Assembly: GCA_030141605.1 (NCBI GenBank)
Contig: JAQGDQ010000170.1
Span: 1 to 64,000 of the forward strand
Reading direction: 5' to 3'
Length of the DNA: 64,000 nt
DNA from: Tubiluchus corallicola
Taxonomy: Eukaryota > Animalia > Priapulida
Below, piece after piece: positions 25,101-38,080 of the stretch (positions within the stretch are counted from its first letter, which is position 1; each line of letters opens with the position of its first letter). The position numbers and the translations under genes are program-made. Under the pieces are notes generated by a model. It saw nothing but the letters and a program-made list of their open reading frames with translations, did no database searches and was not told where the DNA came from.

Positions 25101-28100
25101 AAAAGTGAAAAACAAAAAATGTCAAAAAATTTGAGATGCCGTCTGGATTTGAACCAGGGCCTTCTGCTTACAAAACACTGGAAATGCTGAATTTGGTTGC
25201 CAGTTATTAGGGACGAGATTTGCACTGCCTTGACCACTGAGTATAAAGTATCTGCAATGCAAGGAGAAGGTTCCCGGTTCAAATCCAGCTGCATTCTAAC
25301 TTTTCACATTTCCTGACTTTCAAGTTTAGTATCAAACTTCAATTAATTTTTTGTTTGTAACATCAATGCAATACCTTAACCTCAAAACTACTAGTACAAT
25401 TTGAAATCAGTGACAATCTACATTAATAACTTTGCTGAGGCTTGTTAAGAGACTGCAAAAAAACAACGCCATTACTTGGACACCGGAACTCAAGAAAATG
25501 TGCTGCCATCTATGGGATACAAATACACTTACGCTGACTGCTGCGAACTCACCTTTTCGCCGAGTTCGACCGCATACTGAATGTCCATCTCTAGCAAAGT
25601 TTCTATGTGGTCAGTAGTAAAGGCTACGGGAACTAGAAGTATGTGCTTCCGGCCAATTTTAACGAGGCCCTTAATGCACGTTTCCGTCGCGGGTGAAAGC
25701 CAGGGGATTGGACCAACCTGCAACAGCAAAAGCAATACATCTAGCTGCATAAATTAAGCAGAATGGCACTGTCACTTCCAGGGAATGGGACCAACCTGCA
25801 ACAGCAAAAGCAATACATGTAGCTGCATAAATTAAGCAGAATGGCACTGTCACTTCCACTGTAAGTTCCAAAGTAGCAAACTTTATTCGATTCGAATTCA
25901 CACTCCAGTGAAGAATGCTCACTCCATTAAACGCTTGAGAAAAATGGCAATAAAACTCCCTGAAACAAACTTGACAGACGAAAATTACAGAGTGTTTTTT
26001 CTTGTTAGGTGCAACAGTAATATGAGCAAAACTTCCCTTTGTAAGTTCACTACTGCATTTATTACATTACAAATTCACATCAGCATAATTATAATATTCG
26101 CCATCATGCATGTCTGTTACTGCCGTCTGCTTACAGGCATCCAATTCTACACCAAAGCTGCCAAAACGTACAACCGACTCTTTGACACTGCTAAGCTGTA
26201 CTAGCACTTACTTCTAGACTGATTGGCAATTTGTTGTTTGTAATTTGTACTTGTTGTAAAGAGGGTTAAACTAACTTAAATTATGTTCACTGATCAAAAG
26301 ATAATCAATATAGAGACTACTTCTACGAAATGAATACAGTGTTCCCTCGCTACTGTGTGGTTCGTTTATCGCGGACTCGCTGTTTTGCGGGTTTTCAAAA
26401 ATATTAATGCAAAATATTTATCGCGGTATTTTCGCTGTTTCTCGGGTTTTTGCGTTACTCCGTCTAAAGTATTTTTGCACATGCGTAGTACGTATTGTAC
26501 AGTAATATATAGATTTGATGAATTTTGCATACAAAATCACAAAATATATATTAAAAATATTAATTCTTACATTAAAAGAATATTATAAATCATAAAAAAT
26601 TACCATTTACAGTAAATAGTGTATTTATTCGGCGGATGAATACACACCAAAAACGAAATGTAGTACTTGTGCCCGCAAATAAGTATAGCATCCCTACTTC
26701 ACGGAAATTCACTTATTACGGAACGGAACACCCGCGATAAGTGAGGGAACACTGTATATTATAATAATTTAGTCAGTTCTTGTGAAGGTAGTTATAATAG
26801 AAAAATATAATCAGGAAACAAACATTCAATATGGCTGCGAGCGCCTTGTAACACGCTTTAAAATTTCAATTTTCATGAACAAATAGTGCAGCATAAGCCA
26901 GACTTAGGTGCAACCGAAATTATCTATGTCTTCGACTGAATTTAATTACAAATTTGCCACTTCTGCCACTTAGACTTTGTATTAAAATAAAATGCATTTG
27001 AATTGAATTACCTTCTGTCAAGAGGGCACCAATGACAGCATTAGAGAGAGTTATTGTTATTACACAATTATTGTATTGTTTGCTAGTCACATCTGCTAAT
27101 TTTATATGTATTTGTCTGTCTATATACTACTTTATTTCATCTGCACTTTTCTTTCTTTTGCCTACATGGTGATTCATGTATCACTTATAAAAGCTGTCTA
27201 ACCTGAACCAAATAAATTGTGTTTAAACTAAACTTATCTTGCTTCAGGCTGCCGAATGTTGGTTGTGATATAATTTTGTTCTTTCGGAAGTTTTTTGGAA
27301 AATGCGTGTTTGCAAGGCAAAAATGTCAATAAGTCGGCAATTACGCTTTTCCAATTATTCGCATATCTTGAATCTCTATTTCATGAGAATCATTTTGATA
27401 CCAAGTTCATCACTCTATGATATTGCTAAGCTGAGATAATCCACGTTGAAGTTGAGGTGCAGACTACACATTGAAAAACATAATCTTGAGAAAATTGCTT
27501 TTAAGGTCAGCCATTGTTTTTGTCGTGTTTCTACAAAACACTTAGCAACCGCACAAACGTTGATTGCTACGAACTTTGCAAGAACACGTTGAAGTTATGT
27601 TTAAATCTTGTAGCTGGTTCTTTCTAAGGAAAATTTGGGCAACAGAAAAACTGAAAAAGAAATAATTGCTTCCAAGAGCTACTACCGGAGTTTGAAAGTA
27701 CAAGTTTTTCACAATTGTAGTACAATTTCCAGTAAAGGGAGTATGATGTTATAGAACTAGATTTTTAGTATTTTCTAAACATTTTCCTTATAACTTCATG
27801 CTATAACATAAAAGTCCAATGTATTTAGCATTCGTTTTTATAAAAAAAATTGACATTTGACCAAATTTTTGGTACATTCTACTTTAAAGCATCATAACGT
27901 AGTTTTAACTATGCCGACTTATGGACGGTTTTGGTTTGCAAGAACAAATAATTTCTCACATTTAAACGTCACTGAAATTTTTACATTCACTGATAAAAAA
28001 TCATGGTTAGAGGGGTTATCCTTAAGCCTTTTTTTACACCAGACAACGAGTGGTCTGTCCAAACTGACACATTGTCTCCTGAATGCCAAAAATTTCTCGA

Positions 28101-31100
28101 AGTAATTTAATCATCCATTGTTATGCTCAAAACATATAGACATTTACAATCAATACAATTATTATTTATTTACTTATTAATAATTATTTATTATTATTAA
28201 TTATTATTATTCGTTAGTAATTATTTAATTATTACTAAACACACGTTTATTATTTGAGACATTTTTCAGACTTTCAGACATTACCCACCTTAGATTGCCA
28301 GGCTAACCTATATGAATGAGACCAGTTGAGAACCTCCATAATTTTTAACACAGATGCTCCGACTTCGGCTGGATAGGTGTCGCCACGTCTCACAACCTGC
28401 CAATCATCAATGCAATCAAATTACCTGTTTAAAAGATGCTGGGACACAAAATGTTTAAAGCAAAAAACCAGAGCCAATCTTAAACTGCAGGTCAAAACAA
28501 TCTACTCTTTAAAATATTGAAAGGAAACACGCTATTTTCTCAAAAATGACTTACGTGAAATGATTATTGTCACACAAACACAATTTCACATTCGCGCCAC
28601 TAGTTCTTCGCTGTTACATGCATTTCATCATTCGCTAGTTAGACGGGCACTAATGCCTGCATTTCGAAAATGAGTTGCATAAAAAACAGGTGCTGTACAC
28701 CTCAGTTCAGATGTGTTAGTTTCTGATGTACTGCACGCGTTCGAGCACAACGGTAAATTTGAAATTTGAATTTTTATCTTAAAATTTGCCTAGTTTTCAA
28801 GAGTTTCAAGAGTTTATTCATTTCCACATTGCATCTTACAATTATCATTAAAATACAGATTATTATCCATTTAAGTAAATATAAATATAAATATAAATAA
28901 ATGCATTATTATCGAGAAATTACAAAATGCAGCATATACATGTGCAAATTACATTACAGAACAATTTTGATGCATACAGTTTGAGCCTAAAAGCATAGCT
29001 TGACAGGACAAACTGTATGTGAAAAGTATGTTTTAGTACAACACACTGAATATCTTACAGTAACAATGTACTTCAATTTTCGCCTTCACAAACACATGCA
29101 ACACGCTTGTGGAATATTTTTCCTGTTGAAAATTATTTTCATTTGTGATGTCATCAATAGTTGGGCTCGCCCGCCATTAATTAAGTTTTTAATCTATTAT
29201 TTAATTATCAGATATGCTTTTGCGCTATTATTGGTATTAAAATGTATACTTATTACCGAACTTCAAAATGGGGTAGTATATGAAAAATCATGCTGTCTTT
29301 CTTTAAAAAATATCTTAAGGCATGTATACAATTGAACTCAACTAAATCGGATTTTGTGAAAATGTTAGTTTAACACCGGACGGATGATGTACGATATCTG
29401 CACTATTCACATTTCTTACCTTGCAATTTACAATACATTATGTACGTAACAGGGTGTTAATCGTAGTACTACAGTAGGGGCTGCTTAATAGACTCACTTT
29501 GGGATGGAAGTATTTTGACCCAATTAACCGACTGAGTCAATTAGCCGATGGGTGTAGCTTACTACTACTACAGGAGTATAATGACCTGTCACCTTAGTAT
29601 GCATTGCAAAGGCTGTAAATGAATTTTACAAATGAAATTTATTTAAGAATATTTAATTTATATAAGTGAATTAATAAAAAAAGGTCGCACAAATCTGATT
29701 GTTTCCACTAAAAATTACAAAAATTCCCATACAGATAAAAACATTGAAAATTTGTTGCTGTATCCTGCACACATTCATTCAAAACACCTAGTCACTTAGT
29801 GCTTGTGCTGCAGTTGGTGATGACCATTTTTCTCCTGTGAAAAGCAGCGGGAACTTCAAAAGCAAACCGCTGGTCAAGTGATTAAATGTTTAGCTTCTAG
29901 ATACAACGAGGTTAATTACAGTGAAGAAGCGGATGACAGATTCAAAGCGAAACCGCTATGCTAGTATATTTGTGCATATGATAAACATACTGTACCTGCT
30001 TACAAACAAAGCTGTGCTTAACGTGACTGTTTCTACGTATATTATAATGCAGATAATCGACGTATAGAGACATAAAAGAAGCAAAAGCTCTCTGAGCACA
30101 ACACAAGTGTCTTTTTAAGTATGTGAAGTAAAAATATTGAGTCAATTATGCAGAGTTGTTTGAGTCAATTACAGACACTTTTTATGTACATTTGAATAGA
30201 AGCGGCCCGTACCAGATATTTTTGAGTAAATTAAGCGACTGTGTCTATTAACAGCGCCGACTGATTTGTATTACAGCATATATTACCGACATAGGTAGAG
30301 AATGGGCAGAAAATAGCAGCACGACGTCATGGCGAACCTCCAATGGAAATTCTTCTAGTTTCTTCTTAATGTTGTCAGCATGTGCCTGCAAATGCATTAA
30401 GAGATACTTCAGTAGAGAGTGTTTTTAAGTATCAAGTACAACAATATACGTATCTTATTTAGCTTTAACTTGTTAGCAGTATTTCAAACAAGTAAATTTT
30501 TCTATACTTTTCATAAGCCAAGATTAAATCCAAGAGTACACAATATTAAACAAATACGCACTAATAACAAACACGACAACAATTCTATCACTAGACACCG
30601 AGTTCAACTTTGGATACCCTGTCATCAAATTTAAAACAAATCAAGTCTTTCGACGAATTGAAATCAAAATTAAAAATACATACATTAAATCGTTTTGAAA
30701 ACCCAACATACGTAAACGATAATATATATTCATCCGCAAATTTTATTTACACATGTCCATTTTAAATTGTGTGTATATATTGTATATAGTCTATTATAAT
30801 TTGCGTGTAACATTATAATGTATATTTTGTTTTAAATTTTTGGTACAGTAGTTTTTAGTTTGTACTGGATGCATTTGCCTTTAACAGTTGTGTGAATTTT
30901 ATTCTCATGCTGCGATGTTCTTTTATGCTTTTATAGTTACGAATATATATATATATATGCCATAAAAAATATATATATATATATGAATATATATATATTG
31001 AACATAAAAAATCGATATTCATAACTATAAAAGCATAAAAGAACATCGCAGCATGAGAATATATATATACATATATATATATGAATGCACACTGTTAAGT

Positions 31101-34100
31101 ACTATAGATAAAAGATACTGAGCAAGTATGTACAGTTGCCCGCTTCAAACGCAGTAACACTGTTGGGATACTTCCCTTAATAATGGAATTGTTACAGTTA
31201 AATTTCTGAAAATGTAACTCATTACTGTTACAAGTTACACGATGAAAAATGTGACTTGTCACAGGTAGAGTTACATTTTTTAAAACGTATCTTTCTGAAA
31301 TGTTCCTATCACAGAATGATTGACAACAACTAGCGAAAGAGACCTCTGCTAAACCTGGGAATGTGGGCCATCGATCGATCGTGCTCCACCGTATGTTCGA
31401 AGCGTTAACTCTGGCAGCGTAGTGTCTGGCTATTGCATTTAAACTGCTTCCCATTGTTGAACAGCTATACTGCGGATACATGCTAAATGCCACAGCGTGT
31501 TCAACACCGTCACTGAAAAATAAAAGTTCCACTTGTGATGACTGTATAATTATCAAAAACATTTTTAACATTTTCACAGAAATACCAATAAATGTTTATA
31601 GTTAAAATTAAAAACAACAGTACTACAGTGTTCCCTCACTTATCGCGGGTGTTCCGTTCCGGGCCCACCAGTGATAAGTGAATTTCTGTGAAGTAGGGAA
31701 CTGCTTGGGTTCGCTGCCAGAAAACCTAGAAGTTGCAGAATGTTTGGGTAGCATCGTAAGGCTCGAATAAATTCAGTCTCAAATGAAAACTTTGCAAATA
31801 GCGGATGAAAACTACGCACACGTCAGCAAGTAGCATCTCAAGCGGACGCAAGTACTACATTTCGTTTTTGGTGTGTATTCATCCGCCGAATAAGCACACT
31901 ATTTACTGGTAATTGTTTATATTCTTTTAATGTTAGAATTAATATTTTTGATATATTTTTATACATTTTGTGATTTTTTTATGCAAAATTCATCAAATCA
32001 ATACATTACTGTACAATACACACTACGCATGTGCAAAAATACTTTAGACGGAGTACCGCAAAAATCCACGAAACAGCGAAAATACCGCGATAAACGAACC
32101 GCGAAATAGCGAGGGAACACTGTACATAGAATACTACTTGTAATTAACGGCACAGTACAAATTTGTGTGTACATAATCATAAACAGAATTCTAAGTTAAT
32201 AATTATTATTGTATACCTAAAAATATATGGATATCAAATTGGAAGAAAATATACTTACAAATATATCGATATCAAAATGGAAGAAAATATACCAAAAAAT
32301 ATATCAATATCAAATTGGAAGAAAATATACTTAAAAATATATTGATATCAAATAGGAAGAAAATATACTTAAAAATATATTGATATCAAATAGGAAGAAA
32401 ATATACTTAAAAATATATCGATATCAAATTGGAAGAAAATATACTTAAAAATATATCGATATCAAATTAGAAGAAAATGTATTTAAAAATATATCGATAT
32501 CAAATTGGAAGAAAATATACTTGAAAATATATCGATATCAAATTGGAAGAAAATATACCTAAAAATACATGGCTATCAAATTGGAAGAATACATACCTTT
32601 CCATTTGTTCTATGGTATCTTCTGTAAATGGAGGGACGTATCTAAATCCAACGTAAAACTGATGAGGTGCTGTAATAGTAAACATCGGCTTTAATAACTT
32701 CATAAACCTCTTTACATTTGATGCAACAAGTTGTAATGACAACGCACATCAAAAGAGCACAAACGGACGATACAAAAACACGTAATTACAAAGTACAAAA
32801 AATAATAAAATTTTGTGATTATATAAAAATGAAAACTGGCATTTAAAATCTTCAAAAAAGCAATAAGAGAACTGTCTCAAAAGTCCAGGTTAAGATTAAG
32901 AAAAATCAACAAATAACTAACTATTCTGTTGGACATATCTATCATGGCAAAATTGTTGAGAATTAATAGATTTAATTAAATGATCCAATCTAATTAATTG
33001 ATTAGAATCACTGTTTATCAAAACAATGAAAAATTATTACCAAATTCGGGACAGACTTCATCTAGTTTTTTCACCATTCCTTCAGCCTGCTTCCGCGTCC
33101 AGTAGAGAATTGGTGATCCACCTCCAATGTGACGGTAGTGTTCCTGGATGGAGGGTGTCCGCCGTTTTGCTATCATAGGCGCAAGTGTGCTGCAGGTAAG
33201 CAAGAAACAGTCTCTCAGAAATACAAAAAAATCACTTGTATTTTAACACAAAAAGCTGGAATGCAAAGGCCCATTTCACAGTGAAGATGTAAGGAAAAGT
33301 GATGCTCGGAATTGCTGTCACAAAAATCAAAAAACTTCCTGAAAATTTCAGATTTTTCTCGAAATCCCTTGCTGCAAGGAAGTTCATTTCACGGTGAAAC
33401 AGTCAGCTGCAACTGCTTTACGAGTTTTATACTGTATAACCATGTTTAAGTTAAGTTATACTTGCGGTATTTCTGATATACAAAGTACAACTAATAATGT
33501 TAGTCAATGTAATGACAGACCTGTTTGTTTTTTTAGTAAAGTTCTACTAACCGCTTAAAAATCTTAAAATATACATATATAAAGTGAATATGTGCCTGCG
33601 TTTTCATGAATATAGCCATTGATGTTGCATTAATAAAACATAAAAGGGTCAGTCTGTTAAAAGAGAGAGTAAATCTTATAATTTTATGCTGAAATGTTTT
33701 AATTGTTGTTCGCTAAATAAGAAAGAAGTAATTGAGTAGTTAAAGTTAAGACTGAATCCACGAGGATTTCTCATGAAAATGGAACATGCAGTATTTCGAC
33801 TGTGGGGCAAAATTCCCCATGAGGAGGATGCATAGCCTCTAGTTGGCAGCAGAATTGCTCATGAGGAACTGCACGAGGAATTTTACCACGTGTCCTCACT
33901 GTGAAATGCGCCATAAAAAACAACGTGTTCCACTTTCGTGAGGAATGATCCCAAAGAATTTCTCCTGGAAGCATTTTGCTGCGTGTCCTCACCGTGAAAT
34001 GCACCAAATTTGAGTAAATGAGTTTTTATGATTATAAATCAAGAAAGATATAATAAGAAAACTTTTGACATGTTCCCAATTAAAACAAGGAGGTTGCTTC

Positions 34101-35885
34101 AAAAGAATCCACAAAATAACAAATTTGTACTGAAAAGTTTCTCCTGCCCTTGTACTGGTTATAGTCTTATAGAACATTCATTTTTCCAAATAAATGAAGG
34201 AATCCTGAAGCAATAATCTGAAGAAATTCATAACACTTTGCTGGGGCTTCAAACACAAAGCCAAGAACTTGTCAATGAGAATTCCCTTGAAAATATGATC
34301 ACACTTGTTGTCCAAACATTTCGCCCAAACAAAAACATTGCCTTTGTTTGCACAATGGTACAACTACGCAAAAAACAAAAGATCAGTCGTTGTACAGGAT
34401 GCCCCATGAGAGCAATTTTTCCAGTTGCTGAGAATATAACGTAAGTATGCATGCGTACTCTTGAAATGGTAACGGTATCAGTTCTTTGTCACTAAACAAA
34501 TTAAATAAGAAAGAGTAGACATCGTCTAGCATTTCTGGTCCGCCCATATTCACCATCATTATCCCTGTCTTTACTTTAGATCTGAAATCCAAAAAAAATT
34601 ATGTTGTTTTCATGTAAATTGTTCAAGCAAATTTCTTTAAAAAATGAGTTATAATTTACTAATATTTAGAGCCCAGAGCCGCGCCATTTCAGCTGAGCTC
34701 CAGCCTGTTTATTTCTACAGTCGACCTAGCCAATGAGAAACCCAGCTTTAGTCGCGTCAGCCGCTCAGTGATGGGAGTCGAGCTAGCCGACATTTTTGCC
34801 GGCTGCAAAGATTTTCGTTCTTTCGATTATCACATGACACTGCAAATCACTGGTTGAAATATGGCAAATGCATTGCAGATTCACGGTCAGATCGTGCGTG
34901 TGCTGGCAGAGATACTAAACTTTAGAAATTTTTGAACGAGAAAGCTAGTTAATTCAAAATCAAGTATACAAATAGGCTTTAGTCACACGTATGGGATCAT
35001 TTTGGTGTTTTGGTGATTCATCAGTAATCAAGACAAACTTCAGCAAGAGTTGGATTTAAATTATATATATACAGATGCAATAAATCCATTGCTTTTCTGT
35101 AATAATAAAAAACTGATCTGTAATGCATCATTTGAATTTGGACATCAACTTTTTTCTGTGTATGTATAAGCAACATGAATTATTTAAAAAAATTGCCTCA
35201 ATGATTTAACAGTTAACAGCAATTTATCATTTATTTAGTTAACGAAAATTCGCAGCTTTAGCTGACTTAGCAGATTTTTTTCAGCTGATGTAGTAGCAAC
35301 TCACTCAGTTTCGGCCAAGCTAGCTGATTTACTGTGTGAGTCAGCTGATGTAGTAGCAACTGACTCAACTTCAGTCGAGCTAGCTGATTTACTGTGTGAG
35401 TTAGCTGATGTAGTAGTAACTGACTCAGTTTCAGCGGAGCTAGCTGATTTATTGTGTGAGTCAGCTGATGTAGTAGCAACTGACTCAACTTCAGTCGAGC
35501 TAGCTGATTTACTGTGTGAGTCAGCTGATGTAGTAGCAACTATGTGAAAAAAGAATGGGCATTGAAAATGGGAGCGCCCAAACATGTAGTGATTGCGACT
35601 TTAAAGTGATTTTACTAGTTACATGAGGCACTTATTGCAGTTTTATTACTAAATCCGCCTAACATTTTTTGCGAACATTGAAATAAGCCTAACTTCCTAG
35701 ACTACTTGACATTTTCTTTAAGGAAATAACACTACTTTGACATACTTGGCAGGCAGTTTGGTGATATTCTCATCTTGAGTAGTAACACTTGCAGTTGAAC
35801 ATTTTGATATGCATTCCTTATAGCTGCTAACACACTTCCTCGCAATGCGAGACAATGAAAGAAGATGTCTCATCATCAAATCCAT
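22198..35885 (-). CDS. FECH: Ferrochelatase, mitochondrial, 410 aa, 10 coding exons
   Basis: Exons 35885-35746, 34581-34459, 33189-33041, 32669-32597, 31512-31344, 30385-30287, 28396-28289, 25717-25553, 23437-23381, 22347-22198; all GT-AG and phase-consistent (1233 nt). Motifs [46 protein letters not shown] and 2Fe-2S ligands CPRCTNPRC; N-terminus resembles a transit peptide. Confidence 0.97.
22734..23301. mobile_element. Complete Kolobok-like MITE in the last FECH intron
   Basis: Perfect TIR AGGAAAACCGGACGATT / AATCGTCCGGTTTTCCT flanked by TTAA; AG...CT termini rather than piggyBac CCC...GGG. Partial sister copy at about 46500-46950. Confidence 0.85.
25078..25355. repeat. Palindromic element with two opposed tRNA-like B-box arms
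   Basis: GGTTCAAATCC on plus near 25276 and on minus near 25146; outer inverted repeats aattaacttttgatacc / gtatcaaacttcaatt. Confidence 0.55.
25700..25858. repeat. 78-bp tandem duplication spanning the acceptor of FECH coding exon 8
   Basis: Two near-identical units; acceptor positions 25717 and 25795. Confidence 0.92.
26337..26754 (+). mobile_element. pogo/Tigger-like MITE
   Basis: ta|CAGTGTTCCCTC ... GAGGGAACACTG|ta. Confidence 0.85.
27340..27945. repeat. Copy of the ~600-bp interspersed family
   Basis: Reverse-complement match to 21340-21930. Confidence 0.75.
28456..29305 (+). mobile_element. Kolobok-like MITE with internal insertion
   Basis: ttaaagcaaaaaaccagag ... tgctgtctttctttaa; colinear with 55205-55818 apart from about 28795-29040. 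Confidence 0.75.
29472..30263. mobile_element. Tc1/pogo-like non-autonomous element
   Basis: Imperfect TIR CAGTAGGGGCTGCTTAATAGAC / GTCTATTAACAGCGCCGACTG. Confidence 0.55.
30901..31060. repeat. Near-perfect intronic hairpin with ~45-bp arms and AT-rich loop
   Basis: attctcatgctgcgatgttcttttatgcttttatagtta versus taactataaaagcataaaagaacatcgcagcatgagaat. Confidence 0.9.
31626..32122 (-). mobile_element. pogo/Tigger-like MITE, inverted copy
   Basis: Same CAGTGTTCCCTC TIR with TA flanks. Confidence 0.85.
32228..32590. repeat. 40-bp minisatellite, about 9 copies, abutting a FECH splice donor
   Basis: Unit gatatcaaattggaagaaaatatacttaaaaatatatc; ends a few nt from the donor at 32596. Confidence 0.93.
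33265..33990. mobile_element. Harbinger-like MITE with duplicated right end
   Basis: ggcccatttcacagtga ... tcactgtgaaatgcgcc; a second tcaccgtgaaatgcacc about 90 bp further on. Confidence 0.5.
35265..35541. repeat. 60-bp minisatellite with alternating A/B variants (120-bp higher-order unit)
   Basis: Units alternate cagtttc.gc..agc and caacttcagtcgagc. Confidence 0.92.
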
Positions 35886-36352
35886 ACATGTAAACAGGTT
35901 AAAGCTGAAACAAGCAAATTATTAAAGAGGATAATGGACACCATATGCAGTTTTAACATCAGCGCCAGGGACGATGACCACACGAATGCGGGAACCTCCA
36001 ATCTTTCACTGCAGAGAATGCTGGACCGGCTTTGTTACACTGTTGTCAAAAAAACTGAATCATTTAGTGACAGTATAACTTTTTGACGTCAAGTTCATAT
36101 CTTTCATTATTAGATGTGTGCTTGATAAACCCAAATCGATCATTATTCGGCATAGTTAAAACTACGTTATAGCTTCAAAGTAGAATATACCAAAAATTTG
36201 TTCCAGAGATCGTCTAGAATGGCTTGTATTAACTATACTGGGGCAGAAATATAATAAACTTGACGTAGTTCACTAGTTCCGATGATTAGTAACAAACTAT
36301 CCCATAAAACTACATGAAAAACGTGAGCCATAACCAAACATAAGCAACCTAC

Positions 36353-36470
36353 GTGTACAGACTCCCCTGCACCTTGATGATACAGCTCACACTCTCGAAA
36401 TAACCGACAATGAAGACGATTCGCTCGACATTTGAACCTTCTGCTATCCGCGACGACCGACTCTGCTGAT
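36353..36470 (-). promoter_or_regulatory. Probable non-coding first exon of FECH containing a 14-codon uORF (36431-36387)
   Basis: Donor cac|gtaggt at 36353/36352; the next exon has acceptor gtttcag| at 35904, 19 nt before the ATG. 5' end is a guess. Confidence 0.5.
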
Positions 36471-38080
36471 TTCGGATTTTAGGCATTTTCCTTGTGTTTA
36501 CAATAAATAAAGCCACAAGCTTAAAATCAATCTACTTGTCACATGCCGCAATACAGAGAAGTTTATAATACTTACACATTAAACTATTTAAAAATTTGGC
36601 TTGCCATAGACTCAAATTGACTGGTGCTGAGCATTTATTATAGACAATAAGGTTTGGCCAATTTTTCTCAAATCGAGCAGTACCGATTAGGGAGTCTTTG
36701 CCTGCACATGTTGACGGTGCACCCCTGGTGACTGCACAAAATATTAAGTTATCTAACAGTAGCTTAAATATAGTTACATAAATTTCTTGCACATGATAGA
36801 ACCGTGTAAGTAGTTCATCTATTTGCGTTGCTACCACACTCTTGCAAATATTGTATTCGTATGCTTTTTGCTAACATGTCTCATATAATTGTTTTTATTT
36901 ACTATTGGATGTGAATAAAATAAAAATGATTTTACGTTTCAGTATGATGTAAATATATACGTGTTCTGTTTGTTTAATAAATGCGTATTTAAGCGAAACC
37001 AAATAAAATACATCTCAGTGTTTATGACCAAAAAATATAGGTCTACTGATAGATCAAGAACTATTAAAAGTGCAGAAGTGAGTGTCTGTAATGTGTACTT
37101 GTTTTAATTTTTATCTGTATAATATCTGTGAAGCGCTGAGTTCCATATGAGGAATGGATTTTTGAAATTTTTTCAAGAACTATGATATTATAACATAAAC
37201 TATATAATTAATATATATAATGGATTATATAATATCCAAGCATAAAGAAAAAATTAAAGAAAAAAGATTGATTATATTAAATGCTTTTGGTAATATCGAG
37301 TGAAAAGGAGGTGCTGCAGTTCCGCAGTGACCATACAGGAGTCGCCACTGCCTGGTGGCATTTATTTAATTTATATAAATCTACTTGCAGATGAAGAATG
37401 AAAAGTGCACATCGCGAGAATATTACTCAATGCTCATCCTGTAAAGAATCTGTTCCACCTGCCATCATTGGCTGAGTGGTTTACACTTGCGAATAAAAAA
37501 ATTATAACAATCTCATAGCAGCATTGCTGAAGTTTGCCTGACCTGGTCTCACATGATACCATCTTGCAACATGTACTTTTTAAAAAGTTAATGACATAAT
37601 GATAATAATAATAACAATAGATTTCAGACGTGCTTATTGCGTTAGTATTTTTATAGAAAAAGTCATTTTCAATTTCAGTAATCAAAATCATACTCAGTCA
37701 CCAAAGATAGGCATAGTTTTACCTTTAGAAAACAGGTTGTTTGATATGTTTCCATATAGTAACTTTTGCGATAGTAACAACTTCTGACAAAACTCAGAAT
37801 CAATACGGACTTCTTTGCAAACTAAGTTATTTATTAACAGCTACAAAGTTCTACAAAACCGAAAAATACATGAAAAAAAACTGACAAACATAATTTCCGG
37901 AAATCAAAATAAAATAAGGCAAAAAATAACCAAATTGTAAATCAATAACAGCAGCTACAGAAAACTAGAAACACAGAAATCTGGATAATTCCTGTAGAGA
38001 AAACAATTGTTAACTGATTAGTAGAAACTGATCACATTTTGTACCAAAAAAAAACTGAGAAAAGTTTAACAAAAGTTCTA

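Noticed and set aside
35990-36030. CAGTGA loop as a possible iron-responsive element in FECH
   Set aside because: Upper stem does not pair and the site is intronic in the model.
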